In this document: positions 1-14,927 of the stretch, piece after piece
Position numbering within the stretch: the stretch's first letter is position 1
Layout: every line of letters begins with the position of its first letter
NCBI RefSeq assembly: GCF_009914755.1
Contig: NC_060935.1
Source: the human T2T-CHM13v2.0 reference genome, Homo sapiens
Length of the DNA stretch: 64,000 nucleotides
Strand: one strand, 5' to 3'
The notes under the pieces: model-generated
The model's input: the letters and a program-made list of their open reading frames with translations, nothing else
The model's database searches: none
What the model was told of the DNA's origin: nothing
Position numbers and translations under genes: made by a program

Positions 1-310
1 GCCATTTGCTAAGACCATTGGAAAAGTGCAGTGTTTATGTGGCAGTGGCCCAATTTTCCTGGTACAGTCTGTCACAGCTCCCCTTGGCTAGGAAAGGGAA
101 ATCTCCTGACCCCTTGCACTTCCCGGATGAGGTGATGCCCCACCCTTCTTCAGCTCACCCTCCATGGGCTGCATCCACTTTCCAACCAGTCCCAATGAGA
201 TGAACCAGGTATCTCAGTTGGAAATGCAGAAATCACCCATCTTCTGCATTGATCACACTGGGAGCTACACACCGGAGCTCTTCCTATTCGGCCATCTTGG
301 AAGGAAACCC
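1..310 (-). mobile_element. 5' end (5'UTR) of an L1PA element (L1PA5-7-like) that extends left of the window
   Basis: Reverse complement reads CCAAGATGGCCGAATAGGAAGAGCTCC...GATGGGTGATTTCTGCATTTCCAACTGAG, the L1PA 5' terminus with its YY1 site. Confidence 0.93.
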
Positions 311-580
311 TAACTTTTAAACATTAAGAAATAACAGGTTATACTTGGATTTTATTTAAATTTTTTAACTTTATTTTCAAAAATAATCAAATACAGAAAA
401 CAGCATTAAAACATTCAGCTTAATGAGTTATGATGAAAATATGCTTCACATCTAACAGTAGCCACTATTCTGATCTTGTGATAATTGTTTCCTTACTTTT
501 CCTTATAGCTTTATCACTCAAATGTACATACCTAAATGTCAAGTTGCTAAGACTAGTTTTGGCTTTTTAAAATGTGTCAG

Positions 581-625
581 TTCTCTCTCTCTCTCTCTAC
601 CTCCCTCCCTCCCTGTCTCTCTCTC
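581..625. repeat. (CT)n-rich microsatellite
   Basis: ttctctctctctctctctac...ctctctctc. Confidence 0.85.
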
Positions 626-697
626 AAATCTATTTGTTTTTCCTTTGGAGCTTCACACAATCTGAATTTTGCTGATTCTCTCCCTGTAGTAGTTTAA

Positions 698-1051
<354 letters not shown>

Positions 1052-1397
1052 GGATATACTTAATATGATTCACTTTTGATATTTTTAGCAAGACTGTCTC
1101 ATAGGTGATATTGCATACTTGTTTTTAATATCCAAATTTAGAAGATGCATGCCTCCACCTGTGTCAGTTTACAAGCCTGGCGCTTTCCTTGGATCCCCTC
1201 TCCGAGAGCCTATGGGAAGCCATGAGAAATGATCACAAGTCCTGTAGATTCATAGGTGCCTGTTAAATGTCATTCAGTGGATTTTTAAAAGCCTTTCTCT
1301 GCTTCTGTTTTCCTCACCAGTAAGTACATTTCATAGGGGTTTATTCTGATTATTTAAATATATCTTCTGGTTTTAAATTTGTGCATCTTTCATGTGA

Positions 1398-1683
<286 letters not shown>

Positions 1684-3407
1684 TTAAAGACTTTTCTCTC
1701 TTTCATTACCCTAGCATTGTTCATTGCTATGCAATGAGAAGGTTTTGATTAGAGAATGTGTGCTTACCTGTTCAAATATTTCAGAACAATTAAGAGAAAA
1801 AGAAAAAAAGTAGGTGGGTGTTTTTTCTTCTAGATTAGAGATACAGTTAATATTTTGTGTGGAATGAGGAGCAATCCTGAGGCAAGATATTGTCAGGCAG
1901 CATCTGAATGAAGAGTTAGAAGGTTCAAAGATTGGGTGCCACATCAATAGCTGGGGCTACAACAAAAATTTTCAGACATAGGTGAGGCTCAGATGATCTG
2001 ACAAGGTGGGTAATAACTATCTGCCCTTTGTACAATTCACACCCATTTACAGCTTCCCATTGTATCAGACTCCAATGCTACAGTATGGAGCTTCCATTTT
2101 TGCAAAAACTAGATGTCCTCACTTGTTCCCCAAAAGATGAGGTACAATGAATTGGCTAGTTAAGCAGGTTATTATCCTTGCTATAGCAGGTGATTCTGAG
2201 GTCAGAACTGATTAATCTTAACTTTCTCCACCACTGATTCCAGATTTCCCTCATTCTTAGCCATTGCTCAACCTGGTCTAGATTGTCTAGATTGTCATCT
2301 AGATTGTCTAGAGGGTTAATCCAGACCCCACACCCCTGAAGAATCTGATCCCTTAGTTGCCTTGCTCTTAATAGTTACTGGTTGCTACAATTTCTAATTA
2401 AATATTTGCCCCAAGCACCGAAATGTCCCAGGATATTCCAGTTAATCCTCTGGGCTCCAGACATGTTCCAGTCCCTGTTGCATAAAAGCAACCCCAACTT
2501 CTCAAGTCAATTATACCCACCATACAGGAAGTCCTTTATTTGCCTGCTAGTCTGTTAGCATCAGGTGGAAGTCTCAGTTTCATGTTTACTGGAATCCTAC
2601 TGTGTTGCCTGGAAGATGTTTTTGCCCCTGAAATCTAGAACCTCTAACTTAATGGAATCTAAATCTGTGGGGAAAGAAAGCACAAGCCATAGAAGTGGGT
2701 CACTGAGAATGACAGTCAAGGAGTAAAAATAGCTGCATATATTCTAGTTATTGCGGGAACAGCATCATATATTAACTGATTAGTGCACATACAGCTTCCT
2801 GGAGAATACTGTCTTAACCACAAATGTATGTTTTCTCTAGCTGACACCTTAATTGGGCTGTCAAGCCAGATACTTCTGGATAATAATATACAATATAAGA
2901 TCAGTGGATCACATGGCTACATTGGCACACCAACACATCTGTAAATAAGTCCTGAATTATTTCTATACCTTTCAGTTGGTCATAGGTAATTGGCCTAGAT
3001 GAGGCCATAGGTAGAATTGAAGGAGGTGACATCAGAGCTTGGGCCACTTATTCCTGTAATGTACATATGCCTTCTGGACTTGCTTGGGTCAAAGCCTAAA
3101 TGTGAGCCCAATTCCAAGTTCCATTCCACTACCAGCTTTATTCTACAGAAGATAACCATCCCCAAGCTTCTCAAAGATGCGTAAGTACCCCACACCCATG
3201 CATTATTTAGTACCTTACAGAAAAAAGTATCCTCTGAAAACATAGTGAGGTGGTGGGTTCTCAGCCGTTACCTGGTAAATTCATGCTGTCTTTGCTACTA
3301 CTTTGGGCCTTGTGACCTATTTCTCAACACTATCCTATGAAACTTCTGGCATTTCTACCTCATGCATGTAAGCCATCAGATTGTCCAAATTCATGAAGCC
3401 ATTTCTA

Positions 3408-3825
3408 TTTTTTTCATTTTTTTTCCCAACTTTTAGTTTAGATTCAGGAGTACACGTGCAGGTTTGTTGCCTGGGTATATTGCATGATGCTCAGGTTTGG
3501 GGTATGGATCCCATCACCAAGGCAGTGAGCACAGAACCCAATAGGTAGGTTTTTAACCCTTGCCCCTCCTCTCCCTTCCCAGTGCCTATTGTTGCCTTAT
3601 TTATGTCCATGAGTACCCAATGATTAGCTCCCACTTATAAGTGAAAACATGTAGTATCTAATTTTCTATTTCTGCATTAATTCACTCAGGATAATGGCCT
3701 CCAGGTCTATCCATATGGCTGCAAATGGCATTCATTTTTATGGCTGCATAGTATTCAGTGGTAGATGTATACCACATTTTCTTGATCCAGTCTACCATTG
3801 ATTGATCACTAGGTTGATTTCATGG
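3408..3825 (-). mobile_element. L1 3'UTR fragment (older L1PA/L1PB type)
   Basis: Poly-T followed by GTACACGTGCAGGTTTGTTGCCTGGGTATATTGCATGATGCT...TAGCTCCCACTTATAAGTGAAAACATG. Confidence 0.9.
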
Positions 3826-4486
3826 CGCCCTTTCTAATAGACTATTAGCATCACTTTCAGGTGTATTTGTCAAAATATTGAATCCTGTCCATAAATTTTC
3901 CACTGATATTATATTCCATGTACCTTGGTCCAGCATCTTCAAGATTTACTTTCTTGTGATCACATATTTTCCATGTACTCCAAAACGTTTTGTATGTAGT
4001 TTATTTCCTCTTAGAGTTGGACTATTTATCCATTTGGGTGGTGATGAAAACTGACTATGGTTATTAACCTATAAGTAATGAGAGAGGGCACAGCATATCT
4101 CAACATCAACAAGTGCCATTTTACAAGGCAGCTGCCTTAGATTGAAGTTATTGCTTGGAAAGCTGGCAAGGGATGGCAACTCTTTTCCTTCAAAAAGAAA
4201 AGGCCAGGTTCTGCTAGAGGGTTCAGCAAAATCCGGGGAATCAGGACTGTTAGGCTGATATCCACGATTTTCCCCAAACTGTTTTAAAGTACCAGTCTTT
4301 TCTGAAAGTACCCTGATGTTGATATAGAAGACTTAAGGCTGTTCTTTCAGTCTTCTTTGCAACTCTGCTAGTCTCAAAAAGTAGACTATGTTTTTATTAA
4401 TAACAGAGTTTATGCTACAGTTATAGGAAATAATAGTTTTTATAGAAGCTTCCAGAGAGGTCCTCTGGCTTTCACAGCATAGCTTG

Positions 4487-4853
4487 TGTATTTGTTCATT
4501 CTCACACTGCTAATAAGGACATACCTGAGACTGGGTAATTTATAAATAAAATAGGTTTAATTGACTCACAGTTCAGCATGGCTGGGGAAGCCTCAAGAAG
4601 CTTACAGTCATGGCAGAAGGGGAAGCAAACACATCCTTCTTCACATGGTGGATGCAAGGAGAAGAATGAGAGCTGAGCAAAGGGGGAAGCCCCTTATAAG
4701 ACCATCAGATCTCATGAGAACTTACTAACCATCATGAGAATAGCATGGGAAAACCACCCCCATGATTCAACTACCTCCCACCACATCCCTCCCATGACAC
4801 ATGGAGATTATATCAAGATGAGATTTGGATGGGGACACAGCCAAACCATATCA
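4487..4853 (-). mobile_element. THE1 solo LTR (ERVL-MaLR) with 5-bp TSD GCTTG
   Basis: TGTATT...CCAAACCATATCA termini; GCTTG at 4482-4486 and 4854-4858. Confidence 0.95.
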
Positions 4854-5531
4854 GCTTGTGTTGGTAAATTGCCTGCTCTGAGTTTATTATTTTCTTTTTA
4901 TGAATGTTTCCATTGTCATTGATAAAAGTCAGTTCATTCAACAAATCTTCATAATTACCATTGCCTCCACACCACTTCAAACCACAACCATTGCATATTC
5001 AAATGCCTCATGTTTCACTCAAACCTGATCTCTATTAGCTACATGAATTTTATGCCACTGCAAGCCAGGAGTTATCACCACCCTGCTTACAGTACCACTG
5101 ATCTTAGAATGCTTTAATCTGGATTTCCTAGAACACGAAAGCTGAGACAAAGTTTTATGAACCACTACTTTTTAGGGAATGAGACAGGAAAAGGAAGGAA
5201 ACCAATACAAAAGTGCATAATCAAGTTGCTTATTGCAATATACAACTAATTGGTTGACCTCAGAGGACTCCTGTCAAAAAAAGCTGCATAAAGCATGTTT
5301 CTGAACAATGTGCCCTGGAAAAGTAAGGTAGAAGACTTTATCCTTCAGTTTCTTCTCTTATTGCTCAAAGATTTGCCTCATTGTTAATTTATTCATATTT
5401 CCATGTTAAATATGCATGGGTATCAATTGATTGGCGGTGGTTATCTTGGAATTAACAGAGAAGTCTCTAGGAAGGAGTAGTGACAGGTGAAGTTAAAAGA
5501 GTATAAAGTAGCTTATAAAATGTGCACAATA

Positions 5532-5838
<307 letters not shown>

Positions 5839-7708
5839 CTAAATGTCTGCTAGCCATAGTTCTTTTAAAATTTAAATTTTAAGTTGTAATTGACAGATAA
5901 TAATTGTATATATTTTTCAATACAAGTATACATTGTGTATTAAGCAAATCTGGCTAATTAATATATCCATCATCTAACATACTTATCATTTATTTGTGCT
6001 AAGAACATTTAAATCCACTGTTTTAGCAGTTTTGAAATACGCAACACATTAGTATTAACTACAGTCACCTTACTGTGCAATAGATCACCAGAATTATTTC
6101 TCTTCTCTAACTGAAACTTTGTGTCCTTTGGCCAACAGTACCCCTTTCCCTGCCCACCACCTCCCCAGCCTCTGGAAAGCATCATTTTACTCTCTACTTC
6201 TATGAATCTGACTTTCTTAGATTCCACATGTAAGTGAGATCATGCTAGATCCATCTTTCAGCGTCTGGCTTATTTCACTTAGCAAAATGCTCCCCAGATT
6301 CATCCATGTTGTCACAAGTCAGAGAATGTTATTCTTTTTAAAGGCTGAATGGTATTGCATTCTGTATACCCACATTTTAAAATCCACTTAGGTTTCTTCC
6401 ATATCTTGAACATTGTGTATAATGCTGCAATGAACATGGGAGTGCAGACAGCTCTTCAACTCACTGATTTTAATTTCTTTGGATATATGCCCACAAGTGG
6501 GATTTCTTGATCATATGGTAATTCTATTTTTAGTTTTCTGAGGAACCTCTGTACAGTTTTCCATAATGGCTGTGCTCATTTACATCCCTACCAACAATGT
6601 ACAAGTGTTCCCTTTTCTCCACATCCTTGCCAGTACTTGTTATCTCTTATATTAGTAAATAGCCACTCTAACAGGTGTAGGGTGATATCTCTTTGTGGTT
6701 TTAATTTGCATTTCCCTGATAATCTGTGATGTTGAGGATTTTTTCATGTATCTGTTGGCCATTTGAATGCCTCCTCTTGAGAAATGTCTATTACGGTCCT
6801 TGCCCATTTCTAAGTTGGGTTATTTGTTTTCTAGTAGTTGAGTTGTTTGAGTTCCTTATGTATTTTGGATATAAGCCCTTTATCTGATGTCTGATTTGCA
6901 AATATTTTTCCCAGTCTGTGGGTTGTGTCTTCACTCCGTTTTTCTTTTCTCTACAGAAGCTTTTTAGTTTGATATAATCCCATTAGCCTATTTTTGCTTT
7001 TGTTGCCTGTGCCTTTGAGGCAAGAAATCATTGCCCAGACTAATGTAATGTAGCTTTTCTCCTATGTTTTCTTTTAGTAGTCTTACAGTTTCAGATCTCA
7101 CATTTAAATCTTTATTCTGTTTTGAAATGATTCTTGTACAAGGAGTGAGAAAAGGATCCAATTTCCCTATTCTGCATGTGTATAGCCAGTTTTCCAACAT
7201 CGTCTATTGAAGAGACTGTCCTTTTCCCGCTGTACATACTTGACAACCTTGTCAAAAATCAAGATTTTTATGGGTTTATTTCTGGGCTCTCTATTCTATT
7301 CCATTGGTTGATGTGTCTGTTTCCATGCTGGTATCATGCTGTTTTGATACTACAACTTTGTAGTCTATTTTGAAATCAGGTAGTATGATGCCTACAGCTT
7401 TTTGTTGTTGTTGTTGTTGTTGTTCAAGAATGCTTTGGCTATTTTAGGATTTTTTTTCTATTTCTGGGAAGAATTACATTAAATTTTGATAGGGGTTATG
7501 CTGAATTTGTAGGTTACTTTGGGAGGTATGGACATTTTCACAATATTGATTCCTTCATTCCATGAACACAGGATATATTTCCACTTATTTGTGTTATCTT
7601 CAATTTCTTTTATCAGCATTTTATAGTTTTCAGTACACTGATATTTTATCTCCTTGGTTAAATTTACTCCTAAGTATTTTTTTAAGTTTTTGATGCTATT
7701 GTAAATGA

Positions 7709-8011
<303 letters not shown>

Positions 8012-8030
8012 TAACAAACAATCTGAAAAA

Positions 8031-8378
8031 GTATTTTGCAGCTAGTCATATAAATACGTGGGCATTCATTGATTAGGCTTTCATTGGTTTAAGGTAAAAG
8101 AAATAGTTAGAACTCAGAATCCATAATGTTTAGTTTATCATGAGCTTATAGTGTCAGACCATATTAACTCCAATTGTGTATGCTTTAACACAGGCTTGGT
8201 TCTGCTATAGCAGCAAACAACCAAAAATCTCAGTAGCTCAGGACAACAAAGGAAAGGTTTACTTCTTACTCACACTACATTCCATCAAGGTTTGGTTAAT
8301 TTTATCTCATCTTCACACCATGACTGATAAAGCAACCACCATCTGCAACACTGCCAGTCCCCGGGGCAAAAAAAAAAA
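8031..8378 (+). repeat. Dispersed direct duplicate of 9121-~9465
   Basis: Both copies begin GTATTTTGCAGCTAGTCATATAAATA and align for about 345 bp with about 20 differences counted by eye; offset 1090. Confidence 0.95.
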
Positions 8379-9284
8379 ATAGAGGTTCTATATACTAACT
8401 TGTTGTTAGTATATAGAAATGCCACTGATTTTTATATGTTAATTTTATAATCTGCAACTTCACTGAATTTATTTACCAGTTCCACCAGTTTGAAGTACAG
8501 TATTTAGAGCTTTCTATTGATGAGATTATGTCATTGGCAAACGAAAAAAAAATAGCTTTTTCTTTTGGGATGCCTTTTATTTCCTTTTTCTGCCTAATTT
8601 TTCTGGCAAAAACTTCCAGTCTATTTTCAATTAAAGTGGTGAGATTGAGCATCCTTGTCTTGTTCCTGAGCTTAGAGAAAAAGCCTCCAACTGTTCACTA
8701 TTGGGTATTATATTAGCTGTGGGTAGACACAGCTCTAATGGCTTTGGGGAACATAGATCAAATCTAGATATGAAAAATGTATGCCCTCAAATTTATGGGT
8801 AAATACTTCCCCATAATTTTTTGCACTTAAAGTTATTCAGTAATATTTTTAGAAAACTTACTGAAAGAACATACTCAAATAAGATCCAGAAAAAAATTGA
8901 ATAATATCAGTAAAATCTGTAGTTGTGTTTTCAGGTAAGACTAGTTTAAAGTCTCTTCCTACATTCCAGGTAAATGATAAACTTATTGGAAAAGTCTCAC
9001 CTTTGAGTTGTTAAGAATCCATTTATCTTATACTCCTTGACATATTCAAGCTTAGGATAATTGATGACCTCATGAAATTCCATTTGTCTTTCTCCAACTA
9101 CTAAAAAGATATTATAAGAGGTATTTTGCAGCTAGTCATATAAATATGTGGGCACTCATTGATTAGGCTTTCATTGGTATAAGGTAAAAGGAATAGTTAG
9201 AACTCAGAATCCATAATGTTTAGCTTATCATGAGCTTACAGTGTCAGACCATATTAACTCAAATTGTGTATGCTTTAACACAGG

Positions 9285-11380
9285 CTTAGTTCTGCTATAG
9301 CAGCAAACAACCAAAAATCTCAGTAGCTCAAAACAAAAAGGAAAGGTTTACTTCTTACTCACACTACATTCCACCAAGGTTTAGTAAATTTTCTCTCACC
9401 TTCACACCATGACTGATAGGGCAACCACCATCTGCAACACTGCCAGTCCCCATGGCAAAAAAATAAAACACATAGACCAAAGGATGAACTATTTCTTAAG
9501 GCTTCTGTCTAGAAGTCTACATAACTATTGTTCCTATTTCATTGGCCTAAAAAAGCCTCATGATCAAAAGTAACTTTGATCATTTTCAAAGTATAACCCT
9601 ATACCACAAAAAAAAAGGAAAGAAAATTGAGGGATAGTAGTACAGTCTACTGCCATCTGTCCTTCTAACAACATAATATTTGATTTCTTCCTGCTCCCCC
9701 ATGTAGAACCTACTTATGTCTTTTACAAAAGAGGCAATCCAAACTCCCCTCAAATACTGCTTCATGCTCAGCATTCAGAATCTTTGAGGGACTTCTAGAA
9801 GTCTCATAAAAATGCCTGTATGGTTCTTCTTGGTTTGGAGGCCTGTGGACTAAAAGACAAGTTATGTTTCTTCCACACACCCAAAATTCAGCAGTGAAAC
9901 ATGAGTAGGATAATGGCAATAAATGCTCCTCTTTAGAAAGTTAAGAATCAAAGACATATGACACTCGATGGTCTAAAGCAATCCCAAAATCCTACCAGGC
10001 AGATTTTATGAGGAACCCTACATTGGAGGTGTGGATTATTCCATGATTAGGCACTGTTTTCATTTTCCCCAATCTGTTCTTTTCCATGACATGTAGTTGT
10101 TTCCTCTGTCAAGTTCTTACTTGGGCATTTATCCTCTTTGGCTACATTTAAAGAGGAACCTGAAGAATGTCTCCTCCTTGGAAGCCTGGTTAGCTGCCTC
10201 ACTCTGCTTCTTGGCCATTGAAGACTGATGGCCCAAGGATTCTTTTAAGTCCCAAATAGTGAAATTTTTATTAGTCCAGATTAATAGCTCTTTTCTTATC
10301 TACTTATTCAAGTCAACTGCATAAATCAATAGCCAGCCACATTCATAATTTTTTCCAGATCTATCTCTCTTTCTCTCTGTGTGTCTCTCTCCCTCTCTAC
10401 CTCTACCTCTATGCCTATCTCTGTCTCCATCATCATCTCTATCTCTATCTATAGCTCTCTATCTTCTTTTAATTTCAAATACCCCAAGGCTATCAGCCTT
10501 CTCTGGGATAGTCACTCTACTTAAACTTACTTTCTGTAAGCCATTTTGTCAAACTTAAAATATTTATTTCTTTACATCATCTTCAACCATTTAGAGCTTT
10601 TAGCAGAGTACTCAGATGACCATAATCTTGCTTTGCTCCTTGCAACAAGTCTGAGTTTTATTGGTCTTTTTTACTGCGACTGGGTGGAAATGAAAATCAG
10701 TTTTCTCTTCTAACTCTAAAAGTCCCCAAATTTCTCAGCTCCTTCTATATTTTCTTTCATTCTTGTTTACAAAATGACCAGTTGTTTTGCGTGCTTTTAT
10801 AGAACTTTGTTATATGCATCTAAGAACCACTTAATGCTACAAGCATTCTGTTTTCTTACATAATCTCCCTTCCAAGTTATCACAGGTAACAGTTGTACCA
10901 AACGTTTTATTGTACCAAACATGAATTGCTATGTTTCCAGTTGGCAATAACAGATTCTTTGACACCTACTGCTTGCCCCCAAAGAAACTTACGAATGTTA
11001 ACACTCTTTTTTACAATAGCACACTACTACCTATACAAATTTCCTTAACAGTTGTAATAGAGTACGCTGTAGTAGAAAACAATTCAAAATAGATTTATTT
11101 CTTGCTAACACTACGTGTCCATGCTGGGTTCTCTGGGAGAGCTTCTCCTGCATCATCATCATGTTCCTTATGAGTCAGTTATGAATGGGAGCATTGGGAA
11201 AGGAGAAGGTATAAAACACATACATATAAAGCCTCTGCCTGGAAGAGAGATGTGTCACATATTCTTACATTTCTTTTTCCAGAGCAAGTCACATGGACTT
11301 CAAAGGTAGGAAGAACTACAGTACAATCTCAGGGAGTGGAAGGGAAACAGATTTTGATGCAGAGCTACATAGCCTATTCC
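9285..11380. mobile_element. Possible ancient ERVL (LTR33-like) LTR-internal-LTR remnant
   Basis: Similar LTR-like text at about 9290-9370 and 11060-11130 (AACAA...TTTA(C/T)TTCTT(A/G)CT(C/A)ACACTAC). Recognition by eye only. Confidence 0.35.
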
Positions 11381-11460
11381 AGGTTTCATAAGTCTTATTT
11401 CCATTTTTCATTCACTATTCTCTATGTGTTATGTCCACAGCTCCAAAAGGCACACTATAG

Positions 11461-12796
11461 TCAATAAGGCCAGGAGAATATTCTCTTCGTCCATCTCTTT
11501 AGGGCATCTTTGATTTACTTGTCACTCAGGCTGTAGATCAATGGATTCAACCTGGGGATCACCACAGTGTATACAATAGAATCCACCTTGTTTCTACTCA
11601 GAGAAGCATCAGAGTGAGAGCACATATAGACAAAGATTCTTGAGCAATAGAAGAGAGTCACTGCTATCAGGGAGAACCACCAGTGTTGAAGACCTTAGAC
11701 CTGCCTTCAACTGAGATGATCTTCAGAATGGTAGCAATGACATAGCCATAAAATATCATGATAACTAAGACAGATGTGAGTCCAAATACCACTGTAAGCA
11801 TGGATGTCATGACTTGACAGAAAAAGGTGTCATAGCAAGATAGGATCAAGAGTTGGGACAGGTCACAGAAGAAATGGTTGCTATTTGGCCCACAGAAATG
11901 GAGCTGAAGCAAAGCACATAGTTGGATAAATGAGCCAAAGATAATAGTTATACAGGTTCCAACCATTATGTGCACACAGAGGTTGGGGACATGGATGGCC
12001 ATGTAGAGCAGAGGGTCACAAATGGCAGCATATCAATTATAAGCCATAGCTTCCAGAAGACAGCACTCAGTCAGACCCAGGCTAGAGAAGAAGTATTACA
12101 TGGTGCATCCCATAAAAGAGATGAATGTTGGCAATGATATAACCATAAGTTATCATGATAACCAAGATAGAGGTGAGTATAAAGGTTACTGTGAGCATAG
12201 TGGTCATGACTTGAGAAAAAAAAAACAGTATGAGAACAGGATAGAATCAGCAGTTGGGGCAGGTCACAAAAGAAATGGCTGCTATTTGACTCACAGAAAT
12301 GGAGCAGAAGCAAGGCACAGAGTTGGATAAATGAGACAAAGTATCCAGTTGTACAAGATCCTGCCACCATTGGCATACAGAGAGCAGGTGACATGATGGC
12401 TGTGTAGAGCAGAAGATCACAAATGGCAGCATATTAATCATAAGCCATGGCTGTAAGAAGACAGCACTCAGTCACATTCAGGCTAGAGAAGTACTGCATG
12501 GTGCACCCCATAAAGGAAATGAATTTATGCTTCTTGAAAAAGTCTGAGGGCATCTTGGGGGCTATAGTGGAAACACAGCAGATGTCCAGAAAAGACGGAT
12601 TACTAAGGAAAAAGTACACAGGTGCATGTAGATGGGAGTCCGTCCTGATAAGGGCGATGAGACTCACGTTTCAGGACATGGTCAGGAGGTATATCCCTAG
12701 GAATACTGAAAAGAGAAAAATAGTGGTCTTTGAATATTCAGAGAATCCCAAGAGAATGAACTTTGTAATTGTCATGCTACTCCTTTCCACAGTCAT
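11461..12796 (-). pseudogene. OR5BR1P: Olfactory receptor pseudogene, family 5, close paralog of OR5AN1, with internal tandem repeat
   Basis: OR motifs FILLGFS, HLHAPVYFFLSN, MAYD*Y, HFFCD, SKVFNT, LNPLIYSL. Stops at 12671-12673, 12434-12436, 12033-12035 and 11515-11517, plus frameshifts. Pseudogene status is certain; the symbol is inferred from recalled gene order near OR5AN1. Confidence 0.85.
11726..12524. repeat. Two tandem ~398-bp units covering OR TM3-TM5
   Basis: GAAT at 11726, 12123 and 12521 marks the unit boundaries; the units align (IQLCALL.LHFC..NS.HFFCDL.QLLILSC in both). Confidence 0.93.
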
Positions 12797-13921
12797 TGCA
12801 CTGGTGATTCTGGAATCTGTATAAATCTCTAAGTCAGTTGTCACCCCAATTTCCATTGAAATAAACCACCATGTATCCACACTGAACACAGAACCAAGTG
12901 AAATATTGATCCAAGTTAGAGGCAATAGCCCTGATTAATGCTCCCCACCAACACACATTAACAAGTCAGTCAACCTAAAAGTCTCAGCCCAGTGAAAGTA
13001 ACTTGAAGAATGAAGGGAAATACAACATGTTTTTGGACAGGCCAAACGGAGACACTAACAAAAGGCATTCTTGAAGAAGTTTGTACTTTGGGCAAAAGGC
13101 AAGTGATTTTAAATGGAAGCTTGTGAGATGTAGTAAGAGTGAAAAGCATAGGAAGTAGAAATATATAATAAAGTTTAAAAATACATATTTTATAAAACTG
13201 GTAATAAGATTTTATGTGGTGAGAAAATTATATGAAATTAAAATACAAATAAAAATCATACACAAATTCAGGGGTAATTAGAATTAAATATTTCAAAAGT
13301 CCTTGAGTCACACAGGAAAATGATAAAAGTATTGATTAAAAAGTTAAAATTTGATAAGATGTACACATAACTAAGTTTCTGGGGAAATCACTAAAGGAAT
13401 AGAAATAGAATGTGCAAATTCAACAAGTAGAGGAGAAAATGTAAAAAGATTTTTAATCTATCCAAAAAGACCAAGAAATAATGAAAATAAAAACAAAATA
13501 AATCTTTATAAAATTCATCAAAAATAACAAAAGAAAAATAAGGGAACAACTAAAACAAATGGCAAATGAAGAAAATACACCTAAAAATTATTGTCTAATA
13601 GCTGATGAAAACAAGGTTTCTACATATTGCCATGAAATCAAAACAGTTAATTTTTTAAAACCTATAATGCAAAAGTTAAAACAGTGATATGAAAGCTTAA
13701 GACAGAAATGAAAAGATAACAGAAGAGGATGAAAAATGCATTGGCATAGCTCAGCTATGAAGGAGAAAAAATTACACCACAGAAATGCAAAAATGAAATT
13801 TGTGTGGGAGTAGCAATGAGGACAAAAATAAGCTGCTAAAAACAGCAAATGATGTAGAAAATAGGCTGCAAGAAAAGTGAGAAAAATGAAATTTGGAAAA
13901 AAGAAAGAGCTTTTAAAAATA

Positions 13922-14550
13922 GAGGGAAAGAGGAGGAGGAGCTTTAAGATGGCTGACTAGAGGCATCTGTTACTCTCCTCCACCACAAAGAAGAACCAAA
14001 ATAGCAAGTAGATAATCACACTTCAAGAAGATTGTCTAAGAAAGAACACTGGAATTCTACAGAGAAGTAACAGGAAACACCTAAGGCAAGGAAGGAGAGG
14101 GAAGCAAGGCAGTCTGCTCAGCTGGGATCAGCTGGGAGCCTGCAGAGGCTCCCCAATGAGAGCAAAGCATAAGTGAGAGAACCCCAGTGATCCACATTTC
14201 CACCAAGAACTCCTGCAATCTTAACCACAGGAAAACCATCAATCTATGTGGGTCCTAGACTAATCTAGAGAGCTTCCTGAAGACCATATGATGACATTGC
14301 TCCAGAGAGGGAGCTCACACTGGATCCCACATACTCCCTGAGTCCTAAGCAGCTACAGCACAGTGCCACCTTAAAAGCCCAGCCCCTAACAGATTGCATC
14401 CTGCCCTGGGCACAACAGCCCATGCATCTCCACATCCCTGGAACCCCATGGACATACTCCACCCCCAGCCACTGCCTCTGCTAGCTGCTGCCACCAGGTC
14501 AAAGTGTGAGCCATTGGTAGCAACCTTGATGCCCCCAGCAGTGGGGCCAC
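13922..14550 (+). mobile_element. Old L1 5'UTR fragment (L1PB/L1M type)
   Basis: AAGATGGCTGACTAGAGGCATCTG start followed by GC-richer UTR-like sequence; ends abruptly at the LTR. Confidence 0.75.
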
Positions 14551-14927
14551 TGATATGGTTTAACTCTGTGTCCGTACCCAAATCTCAGCTTGAATTGTAA
14601 TCCCCATGTGTCAGAGGAGGGACCTGGTGGGAGATGACTGGGTCATGGGGGTAGATTTTTCCTTTGCTATTCTCCTGATAGAAAGTAAGTTCTCACGAGA
14701 GTTGACGGTTTTAAGGTGTGTCACCTCCCATGGCTTGCTCTCTCTCCTGCCACCATGTCAGATGTGCCTTACTTCTCCTTCTGCCATGACTGTAAGTCCC
14801 TTGAGGCCTCCCCAGCCATGCTTCCTATACAGCCTGTGGAACTGTGAGCCAATTAAACCTCCTTTCTTTCTAAATTACCCAGTCTCCAGTATTTCTTTAT
14901 AGCAGTGTGAGAACGGACTAATATACA
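14551..14927 (+). mobile_element. THE1/MST solo LTR (ERVL-MaLR), no matching TSD
   Basis: TGATATGGTTT...CCCAAATCTC...CAATTAAACCTC...GGACTAATATACA. Confidence 0.93.

Larger units (their letters stand above)
1850..5500. mobile_element. Degraded ancient ERVL/LTR16-type remnants, interrupted by younger insertions
   Basis: LTR16-like text near 5110-5330 (GGATTTCCTAGAA...CTGAGACAAAG...GGAAGGAAACCAATACAAAAG) plus non-coding internal-like sequence. Recognition by eye only; boundaries approximate. Confidence 0.4.

Noticed and set aside
2275-2311. Short repeats of GTCTAGATT resembling an array
   Set aside because: A local slippage duplication with no spacers; not CRISPR-like.
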